Positions 1 to 7,462 of a DNA stretch of 20,000 nt are shown here, in pieces; the stretch's first letter is position 1; the number at the start of each line of letters is the position of its first letter. Under the pieces are notes generated by a model. The model was not told the origin of the DNA and ran no database searches. It worked only from the letters and a program-made list of their open reading frames with translations. Position numbers and translations under genes: made by a program. This DNA is from an uncultured virus (IMG/VR IMGVR_UViG_3300006737_000028). Taxonomy: Duplodnaviria; Heunggongvirae; Uroviricota; Caudoviricetes. Location: IMG/VR virus record IMGVR_UViG_3300006737_000028; one strand, written 5' to 3'.

Positions 1-2
1 AT

Positions 3-710
3 ACAGATCAACAAGCGTGGTATGGATGTAGTTTCAAAGCGGCACCAGCAAACAACGCCTCAGAGGTTATGATTATATCCTCGACTTCGTTTTACAATTG
101 TGTTTTCGAGGCAACCACACAACAATTTGATAGAGTGGTGGACGTAAGAGCAAACTCTAGAATTTATGATTGTAGATTTATTGGTGGTGGACTTGGATCT
201 GGTTCGGGTGATGGTGTTGGTCTGGAAGTAACAACACACACCACAGACATCAGAAATTGTGTGATTACAAACTGTCACGGTGACGGTGTGCGGTATAATA
301 GTACAAGTGCAAAAGCATCCACCAACATATCAGATTGCACGATTGTAAATAATGGTGGAGATGGTATTGATGCCACCGCTGGCGGTGCTGCTGGATTGGC
401 ACTCACACCACACATGGAATCAAACATTATATTTGGAAACGGTGCATTTGGTATCGCAGTAAACGCTGTGGATGATAGAGGTGGTGGTATTCAGATGGCG
501 GCAATGGGATCCAACTCATCGGGCAACTTTAGCAACTTGGACTCTTTCGAGGACATGGTTGATGTAGTCACAGTGACAACAGCAGACTTTTTTGATTACG
601 CAAACTTCGACTATCGTATCAAGAGAAGTTCTGCTCTTTACAAGTTTTTCCAGAACAGAAACTTCGGTGCTTTACAAAACGAAGACTTTGAATTTGCGAG
701 TGTATCATGA
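3..710 (+). CDS. Right-handed parallel beta-helix (pectate lyase-like) protein, 5'-truncated; possible tail spike/depolymerase
   Basis: The frame is open from position 3 (TDQQAWYGCSFK...) to TGA at 710, so the true start lies upstream of the window. It has repeating PbH1-like units (SFYNCVF, RIYDCRF, DIRNCVITNCHGDG, NISDCTIVNNGGDG, MESNIIFGNGAFG) and a 'DYRIKRSS...NFGA' cap typical of beta-helix C-termini. Confidence 0.75.
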   Translation, partial: TDQQAWYGCSFKAAPANNASEVMIISSTSFYNCVFEATTQQFDRVVDVRANSRIYDCRFIGGGLGSGSGDGVGLEVTTHTTDIRNCVITNCHGDGVRYNSTSAKASTNISDCTIVNNGGDGIDATAGGAAGLALTPHMESNIIFGNGAFGIAVNAVDDRGGGIQMAAMGSNSSGNFSNLDSFEDMVDVVTVTTADFFDYANFDYRIKRSSALYKFFQNRNFGALQNEDFEFASVS

Positions 711-976
711 GTGCAGGTATAGGTAGAGTGACAGATTTTGTTGGTGCGCCAATCATTTGCAGCATCGTGAATACGGTAACGGCAGAGTCACTGCCTGTTG
801 CAGTCATTGGTTCACCAATCACACCACACAATTCGGAACCAGTTCACATTGCCACTGTCGTTACTGGATCTGCGACAGTAACGGTTGGTGGTATTGGAGT
901 TTCGAAAATAGGAAGTGTCGGAAGTTGTGGACACCCACAAACAACAGGTTCAGCAACGGTAACAGTAGGTCTATAA
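707..976 (+). CDS. gp5.4: PAAR-domain spike tip protein (T4 gp5.4-like)
   Basis: 89 aa with three pseudo-repeats (GRVTD, AVIGS, SKIGS), duplicated TGSATVTVG, and His/Cys metal-ligand candidates (PH...H, CGH). Overlaps the upstream gene by ATGA and lies just upstream of baseplate genes. Confidence 0.85.
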   Translation: MSAGIGRVTDFVGAPIICSIVNTVTAESLPVAVIGSPITPHNSEPVHIATVVTGSATVTVGGIGVSKIGSVGSCGHPQTTGSATVTVGL

Positions 977-986
977 GGAGTACATC

Positions 987-1958
987 ATGCCAACACCAAC
1001 AATTCCACAATTCACAAGAGATCTTTTTCCAACAGACGGATGTCAAGTCGGTGTAATGAAACTCAGCGAAAGTGCTAGGTCATTGGTCAATCAGGTTGTA
1101 GATGGTTCGGCGTTTGTAAATCCGGTTCAGGGTGCAATCTCAGATGCACAGAATTCAATCTCAAACGCTTTGAACTTTGAGGTGTTTGTTCCCAGTGGTC
1201 TCAGCGGTGGCGGTCAGACTATCGCTCCATTATCGTTTACTGGTTCTGTTTCAATTTTCTCTGGATTGACCGGGACCGACGGCGAACCTATCTTCAATTT
1301 CATTGAGGGTTACGGAAACAATAGCACCATTCAACAGGCACTTTCTGACTTACAAGGCGGAATCAATGGAATGCAAGTCCATACTGATAGACTCAGTGGT
1401 GTGAGTATGTTCAAGGATGGTGGTTCCGATTTTGGAGTTGGAGGTTCGTCTGGAGAATTTGGTGGCATCGCAAGTCTCGCCGGTGTTGCGTCCGCTTACA
1501 ATTCAGGCAAAGAAATGCTCAAGGATCCAGGCGCAGCGTTGGAGGATCATTTCTCTCCCATCTTCAATTCTGTTCTTGGTCCAGGCACTGACGCAATGGG
1601 AACAGTTCAGAATCTAATGGATGGTGATGTACTTGGCTTCCTCGAAGAATTTCCGGGTGGTGATGTTGGTGCTATTGCTGGTCAAATCGGTGGTGTTGTC
1701 TCTGGTGTTCAGAATCTTATAGATGGTGATCTAAACGCATACATCGGTGCAGTTGATTACCTAGCAAAACAAGCACTTGGTATCTCTGTTCTTGATTTTT
1801 ATATGGATCCATGTTTCCTCACCAAACTCATGGGCAATATTGGTGTTCCGGGTCTAAATGAGTTGGGTCAGGAAATTGCATCTGCGGCAGGTGACGCTGT
1901 GCAGGGTGCTGTCAGTAATGTTGTCAACGACACTATCAACGATACGATTGATCTGTAA
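987..1958 (+). CDS. Hypothetical Gly-rich acidic protein, probably virion-associated
   Basis: 323-aa ORF with a strong RBS (TAAGGAG, ~974-980) and codon usage like its neighbours. No family recognised. Confidence 0.7.
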   Translation: MPTPTIPQFTRDLFPTDGCQVGVMKLSESARSLVNQVVDGSAFVNPVQGAISDAQNSISNALNFEVFVPSGLSGGGQTIAPLSFTGSVSIFSGLTGTDGEPIFNFIEGYGNNSTIQQALSDLQGGINGMQVHTDRLSGVSMFKDGGSDFGVGGSSGEFGGIASLAGVASAYNSGKEMLKDPGAALEDHFSPIFNSVLGPGTDAMGTVQNLMDGDVLGFLEEFPGGDVGAIAGQIGGVVSGVQNLIDGDLNAYIGAVDYLAKQALGISVLDFYMDPCFLTKLMGNIGVPGLNELGQEIASAAGDAVQGAVSNVVNDTINDTIDL

Positions 1959-1962
1959 AACC

Positions 1963-1969
1963 ATACATA
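1963..1969 (+). promoter_or_regulatory. Putative late promoter variant ATACATA (T4 late consensus TATAAATA-like)
   Basis: Lies in the intergenic gap 20 nt upstream of ATG 1989. The same TACATA core recurs upstream of 9447 and 17060. Confidence 0.45.
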
Positions 1970-1988
1970 GACTGGGGAAGGGATTCAC

Positions 1989-2633
1989 ATGCAGGCATTG
2001 CCAGATAACGAGTTTTTCAATATAGATGTTTTTGGTTCATGGATGGATGTCGGTCTCGCGGTCGGTATGTTTGCTATTGGTGTCGCCTTTGTTATCAGGT
2101 CAATCGTTGGGATAAAGAAGTCGAAAGGCTGTTCCCCTTTCAAGCAACATACCATTGAAGTACACAGTAAAGTACACGAGCAACTCACAGAATTGAGAGT
2201 TCTTACGGGCGCGGGCCGGGCACATATTTGTATGTTCCACAATGGAGGAACATTCGAAACCGGATCATCAATGAAAAAGTTTTCGGTGACACACGAGTCT
2301 CTTGCTCTTGCAATTGAATCTACATTGCAGAAAAAGAAAGAGTTGATGGCTAGTGCTTTTACTCACCTGATTGAACATGTATCAAGTGATGATCCCACGC
2401 CAATCGTCATCAGTGAAATGGAAGACTCTTTCTGGAAGTCATTCTTAGAATCACAGAGAGTTTTGATGACATGCAATCTTCCCATTTTTTGTCAGGCAAA
2501 GGGAACCATAGTAGGCTACCTATGTTTAGAGTGGTGTAGTTTGAAGCACATGGATGATGCTAATGTTGACAATATCATAATGGAGATGAAGGAAAAGCGA
2601 TCAATCATACAAGCGTTGATTTCTGAGGGGTGA
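1989..2633 (+). CDS. Single-pass membrane protein with GAF-like domain; putative T4 holin T-like protein
   Basis: 214 aa, similar in size to T4 T. One hydrophobic helix (VGLAVGMFAIGVAFVIRSIVGI) followed by a GAF-like pattern: QLTELRVLTGAGRAHICMFHNGG ... CNLPIF...GTIVGYLCLEW. Confidence 0.55.
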   Translation: MQALPDNEFFNIDVFGSWMDVGLAVGMFAIGVAFVIRSIVGIKKSKGCSPFKQHTIEVHSKVHEQLTELRVLTGAGRAHICMFHNGGTFETGSSMKKFSVTHESLALAIESTLQKKKELMASAFTHLIEHVSSDDPTPIVISEMEDSFWKSFLESQRVLMTCNLPIFCQAKGTIVGYLCLEWCSLKHMDDANVDNIIMEMKEKRSIIQALISEG

Positions 2634-2637
2634 TCTA

Positions 2638-3060
2638 ATGGATTATAGACACAGTTCTACGACTCCAAATTCAAGACAGGTCGAAAGATTTTCAGACCTT
2701 GATATGGACTTTGGTATGAATCCCAACACCAAAGATGTTGATCGACTTTTTGACGAAGAGGCAATCAAGAGATCTATTCGCAATTTGATTCTAACTAATA
2801 GAAACGAGAGATTCTTCAGACCAAATATTTCGGGTGGTATCAGAAATCTTCTTTTCGAACCAGCGACTCCCGTCACAGCGACTCTAATTCAACAGCAAAT
2901 AGTTGATGTGATTGCTGAGAATGAACCTAGAGCAAGTTTGATTGATGTAACAGTCAAAACAAGTCAAGATGGAAATGCTTTCGATGTGTCGATAGTTTTT
3001 CAGATTAGAAACAACGAGCAACCAACAAGAGTCGTAGTTGCACTAGAGAGGCTAAGGTAA
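2638..3060 (+). CDS. gp25: Baseplate wedge subunit gp25 (sheath initiation)
   Basis: Hallmark motifs FSDLDMDF..NP.TKDV, AIKRSIRNLILTN..ERFF.P, LLFEP, EPRA and terminal LERLR. Confidence 0.95.
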   Translation: MDYRHSSTTPNSRQVERFSDLDMDFGMNPNTKDVDRLFDEEAIKRSIRNLILTNRNERFFRPNISGGIRNLLFEPATPVTATLIQQQIVDVIAENEPRASLIDVTVKTSQDGNAFDVSIVFQIRNNEQPTRVVVALERLR

Positions 3061-5015
3061 TGCCAAATAGCAAGAACATTCAAATCAACTCACTTGATTT
3101 TGACAGCATCCGAGCGTCACTCAAGGATTATCTAAAAGAACAAGACACATTCAAAGACTATGACTTTGATGGTTCGGGTATGTCTGTTCTATTGGATCTA
3201 CTTTCGTACCATAGTTATCAGCAGGGATTCTATAACAACATGGTCGCCAATGAGATGTTCTTGGATTCGGCAATCAAACGCGACTCGGTGGTTTCTCATG
3301 CCAAGAGTTTAGGATACACTCCACGATCCTCTAGAAGTGCAAAGGCGACTGTTGACATTACCTTCGGAAGCACAGCAGGACTTTCTAGCACATTTGCAAT
3401 CGGCAATAGATTCAACTCAACGAGTGCGGGTAGATCTTATCAGTTCACTAATACGTCAACGGGCACAATCAATCTTGATGCAAACACCGTTGGTGTTGGA
3501 GCGACTGCTCATATCTCGAATCTAGAAATTACTGAGGGTTCGCTCAATCAAACTTCTTTCATTGTCGATAACTCAAACCTGAATCAGAAGTTCGTCATCC
3601 CAGATCTAGATATTGATACTTCAACCATCTCAGTAAACGTACAAACATCTGCGACTGACAATACAGGCAGAACTGACTTGTGGTCTCTTGCTCCTGCTAA
3701 CATTGCTGACATCACCAATACCACCAAGGCATTTTTCTTGGAGCAAAATAGAGATGGTAAGTATGAAATTATCTTTGGCGACGGTGTGGTTGGAGTCAAG
3801 CCAACGAGCGGTAGTCTAGTTACAATCACCTATCTGAGAAGTAATGGTGCAGACGCTAATTCACTGTCTACATTCTCATATGGGAGTGGTTCGAATACTA
3901 TAACCACAATCTCCAATTCATCTGGAGGCTCTACCGCAGAATCCGTTGCGTCGATTAGATTCAATGCACCAAGAGTATATTCTTCCCAGAATAGAGCAGT
4001 CACCCCAGATGACTATGTGTCCTTGATTCTCGCTCAGTTTGGAGATATCCGATCTGCTTATGTTTATGGTGGAGAGGATGCCGATCCACCTCAATACGGC
4101 AGGGTAATGATTTCTGTAATTGATACCAACGGAACGGATCTTAGTGATCAACAAAAGAGAGAGATCTCAGACTTTGTTTCAGGAAAGTCTGTCGTTGGTG
4201 TGTCTCCTGTGATCAACCCACCCGATATCACATACCTAACATTCAATGCGAATGTCTTCTATGACGAAAAAATCTTGTTGACAGATCAAAGCACTCTTAC
4301 CACGAATGTAAGGGCGTCGATCAAAAACCATGTTGATTCAACTGTTGGTGTATTCAATGGTGATATGATTCGTTCTAAGTTGTCGGCAGCGATTGATGCC
4401 ACCGACGAATCCATTCTAGGTTCTGTAACATCGATCAGTATGCAGAAGAGAATCACCCCATTCATTGATGCCACTCAAACATATCAAATCAAGTTCAATA
4501 ACCCAGTTGAACATCCGCACGATGGTCACATGACTGTTCTTACTTCAGATGAGTTTACTGTGAAGGAAAGTGATGGTACAACGTATACAAATGCGTTTAT
4601 TGATGATAATGGTTCTAGTATTCTTCGGTTGAAGTATAGAAACAGTGCCGGACAGGTAGAGACTATCAGAGAAAACGTAGGAACGATTGACTATCATCTG
4701 GGCGTAGCGACTCTTACAAACCTTAGAATCATGTCAATCAGTGGAAGTTCGGACTACATTGTTTTCTATGCACCGCTTTCGGTTTCAAGCAACGCATACG
4801 CTGAAAAAGACGCGATTATCTTTGTTGACTCTAATGCGTCAGGATCGATTGCCGTGTCAGCACTATCCGAAGGATCTCGACTCTCTGGTGTGGCAAGCGA
4901 TCGTGTGAGTTCAACTGCTTCCTACACTCCTCCACCAACATCGAGTTCATCGTCCAGTTCATCTAGCAGTAGCACTTCATCTTCATCTTCATCCTCCAGC
5001 GGCAGTGGATATTGA
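3060..5015 (+). CDS. gp6: Baseplate wedge subunit gp6
   Basis: Motifs LDFDSIRASLK.YL, FKDYDFDGSGMSVLLDLLSY, ANEMFLDSA..R.SVVSHAK.LGY.P.S, FGDG..G, QNRAVT..DY, PPQYGRV and GTIDY..G. TAATG stop/start overlap with gp25. Confidence 0.96.
   Translation: MPNSKNIQINSLDFDSIRASLKDYLKEQDTFKDYDFDGSGMSVLLDLLSYHSYQQGFYNNMVANEMFLDSAIKRDSVVSHAKSLGYTPRSSRSAKATVDITFGSTAGLSSTFAIGNRFNSTSAGRSYQFTNTSTGTINLDANTVGVGATAHISNLEITEGSLNQTSFIVDNSNLNQKFVIPDLDIDTSTISVNVQTSATDNTGRTDLWSLAPANIADITNTTKAFFLEQNRDGKYEIIFGDGVVGVKPTSGSLVTITYLRSNGADANSLSTFSYGSGSNTITTISNSSGGSTAESVASIRFNAPRVYSSQNRAVTPDDYVSLILAQFGDIRSAYVYGGEDADPPQYGRVMISVIDTNGTDLSDQQKREISDFVSGKSVVGVSPVINPPDITYLTFNANVFYDEKILLTDQSTLTTNVRASIKNHVDSTVGVFNGDMIRSKLSAAIDATDESILGSVTSISMQKRITPFIDATQTYQIKFNNPVEHPHDGHMTVLTSDEFTVKESDGTTYTNAFIDDNGSSILRLKYRNSAGQVETIRENVGTIDYHLGVATLTNLRIMSISGSSDYIVFYAPLSVSSNAYAEKDAIIFVDSNASGSIAVSALSEGSRLSGVASDRVSSTASYTPPPTSSSSSSSSSSSTSSSSSSSSGSGY
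4941..5012 (+). repeat. Low-complexity poly-Ser coding tail of gp6
   Basis: Encodes SSSSSSSSSSSSTSSSSSSSSGSGY using mixed Ser codons (tcg agt tca tcg tcc ... tct tca). Confidence 0.85.
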
Positions 5016-5025
5016 GGGATAGCAA

Positions 5026-7452
5026 ATGGTAGCAGGTAGTTCAACACAATATGGGGGCATTACGCCACTTCTCGGTCTAGGAACCGTGACGGAAATTATT
5101 GAGTCTCTACCTCCTATCGTAGATACTGTTGATGAAAGAGTATCGACACAACTCAAGTCACTCTTACCTGATTTTGTTACCTCCGATCATGCTACGTTTG
5201 CCTCTTTCGTACAGGCATATTTCGAATGGATGGAGCAAGAGGGGAATCCAAGGTATGCTACGGTAAAGCATCTATCGAACAGAGATATCGATACGACTGC
5301 CAGTGCATTCATTGCAAACTTTTCTTCTGAGTATCTACATGGTTTCCCTGCGGAGTTTTCGACTGCTGTCAATGAAAAGGCAGCGATAAAAAACATCGGG
5401 GATTTGTACAGATCAAAGGGCGGGGAGAAAGCAATTCTTCTGCTCTTCCGTCTTCTGTACAACGAGACGGTAACGCTGATTAGACCGGGTGAGAGACTTC
5501 TTGGAGTGTCTTCTGCTTTATGGGAAGACCCGATGATTATCTTTATCTCTCGAACACATGGTATTAGTCTGGCACAAGACGCAGTGGGAAGAACACTCTT
5601 TCAAACTTCGGATGGGTTGCCTACAGGAGAAGTTTCTACATCTGCGTTCATCAGAGATGGTAGATTTTTCACCTATAAGTTTATGGACGTTGCTGAATAC
5701 AAACTGAATTCGGTGCAGGGAACATTCGCGCCCAATAAACCTGTGTTCTACACATCAGGCTCAACCTCATACAAAGAGACTCCATTCCCGATGGTTGGTA
5801 CTATTGGAGTCACGAGTGGTGGAACGGGCTATTCCATTCTAGACAAAATTATTGTGAAGGACACTACCAACAATGCAAACATCGCCGAGGCGATTGTATC
5901 AAATGTTGATAGAAAAGGTGCTATCACATCAGTAAAGATCAGTAAGAGATACCCAAACTATATTGAGGGCAATACTCTAGATTTTGATTTCATCACAGGA
6001 TCTACTTCTGATGTTACTCCCGGTGGAACGGGTGCAACACTTGAGGTCGAAGGGACCGTTGCTGGATTCAAGTCTGGCAGATATACATCTTCGAAGGATG
6101 TGTTGGGTGGTTCTGATAAGATTCAAGACAACCATTACTATCAAAGGTACTCCTACTCAGTAAGAACAAGTAGGGGTATTGAGGACTATCGAGAGTCTTT
6201 GAAGGATATCGCTCACCCCGCTGGATATCAAGTTTTTGCTGATACAATTCTTGGTGCGTCAGGCGATGGGTTCACCTCTGCACGAGGAGCGACTCTGGCA
6301 GCGAATAAGTTGTTTTTTGAAGACTATCGCGGCATCAACCGTGTGGTTTCCAGATACGGACATACACAGGCATTTGAAAGTCCAATGATTGGACACTATT
6401 TGCCATATACGTTCGAAGAGTTTACTGACTATCGTGGATATGTGACTGGACCCACAAGTGAAATCGATCCAACTGGTCACTTTGTCGATCTATTCCCATT
6501 TGGATACAACGGAGTGACGGGAGACCTAGCAGGAAACTTTGTTGTTGGCGGTCGTACCGCACACATTCCACAGGCGTCAACTGCTGCTGGTGGGGCGACC
6601 GCAAAGTTGCCTCTTGGTGTTAGTGATGGAACTCCAGATGGTATCACTGTTGGATACGGCATAACCGAATCAGGACATCAACTACTAGACCAGATTGTTT
6701 GGTATAACACCAACGTCGTCGGGGGCCCCGGAGCATCTGCAACCACGGGCGATTCACTCGCACTCGCTGTGTATCCCCATCCGGCTGGAAGATGCGCCAA
6801 TTCGTTTGGCAAGGATCGCTACGGTGCTGATGGTCATGATATGTGGACCTTTGGACAAACGTATGTACAGTTTGGTGAAGGTTTGACGATGGACTTCCAA
6901 GAGAAGGAAAAAATCAGACAACCAGTATGCAGAGTTTTCATCGATAGCATTACTGGTGATACTGATATGCTCGATGGTGATCTTGTTATTCAAGAATTGC
7001 CGGGGAGACCAGAGGCAATCGGAAGATTGGCATTTGACTTTTCGAACATGGATGATGCCGCAATTGCTAACCAAACGAAAGTCATCGACATCTCCACCTT
7101 CGGAGTCACTAAAGGAACTGCTCGTAAACCCGAGAAATCGGCCGATTCGAATCTTGGTTTCGTGGGTAGCATGGACAGTGCGTTTCTTGATATCAAAATG
7201 ATTAGTGGTAGGTTTTCATCTGTGATTGGTGCGGGCGAAACTGCTCCATATCCTATCGTTAGTGTTACCGGCGGCGGAACCCTTTCGGTTATCGCGAAAC
7301 CATATTCGGTGTCAGGACCGCATATAAATATGCTTGAGGGCGTAAGTCTCGATGCACAACCGGAGTGGAGATTCCTTCCGATTTGGGATTTCTTGAACAA
7401 TATGCCTTTTGCTGATACCTCCGTAAACAAGTCTAACTACACCAGCGACTAA
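5026..7452 (+). CDS. gp7: Baseplate wedge initiator, gp7-like
   Basis: Located between gp6 and gp8. N-terminal LP.FV..DH..F..F..AYFEWME, KNI.DLY.SKG...AI.LLFRLLYNE, and KIQDNHYYQRYSYSVR...AHPAG..VF motifs typical of gp7-like proteins of marine T4-like phages. The C-terminal ~400 aa are unrecognised. Confidence 0.8.
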   Translation: MVAGSSTQYGGITPLLGLGTVTEIIESLPPIVDTVDERVSTQLKSLLPDFVTSDHATFASFVQAYFEWMEQEGNPRYATVKHLSNRDIDTTASAFIANFSSEYLHGFPAEFSTAVNEKAAIKNIGDLYRSKGGEKAILLLFRLLYNETVTLIRPGERLLGVSSALWEDPMIIFISRTHGISLAQDAVGRTLFQTSDGLPTGEVSTSAFIRDGRFFTYKFMDVAEYKLNSVQGTFAPNKPVFYTSGSTSYKETPFPMVGTIGVTSGGTGYSILDKIIVKDTTNNANIAEAIVSNVDRKGAITSVKISKRYPNYIEGNTLDFDFITGSTSDVTPGGTGATLEVEGTVAGFKSGRYTSSKDVLGGSDKIQDNHYYQRYSYSVRTSRGIEDYRESLKDIAHPAGYQVFADTILGASGDGFTSARGATLAANKLFFEDYRGINRVVSRYGHTQAFESPMIGHYLPYTFEEFTDYRGYVTGPTSEIDPTGHFVDLFPFGYNGVTGDLAGNFVVGGRTAHIPQASTAAGGATAKLPLGVSDGTPDGITVGYGITESGHQLLDQIVWYNTNVVGGPGASATTGDSLALAVYPHPAGRCANSFGKDRYGADGHDMWTFGQTYVQFGEGLTMDFQEKEKIRQPVCRVFIDSITGDTDMLDGDLVIQELPGRPEAIGRLAFDFSNMDDAAIANQTKVIDISTFGVTKGTARKPEKSADSNLGFVGSMDSAFLDIKMISGRFSSVIGAGETAPYPIVSVTGGGTLSVIAKPYSVSGPHINMLEGVSLDAQPEWRFLPIWDFLNNMPFADTSVNKSNYTSD
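7323..7330 (+). promoter_or_regulatory. T4-type late promoter TATAAATA
   Basis: Exact T4 gp55 consensus inside the 3' end of gp7, about 130 nt upstream of the gp8 start. Confidence 0.55.
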
Positions 7453-7462
7453 GGATAACTGA

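Noticed and set aside
707..5015. Bacterial T6SS or eCIS interpretation of PAAR + gp25 + baseplate genes
   Set aside because: gp6, gp7, gp8 and DUF4815 motifs, gene order and the T4 late promoter point to a T4-like phage; no Tss or Afp genes are visible.
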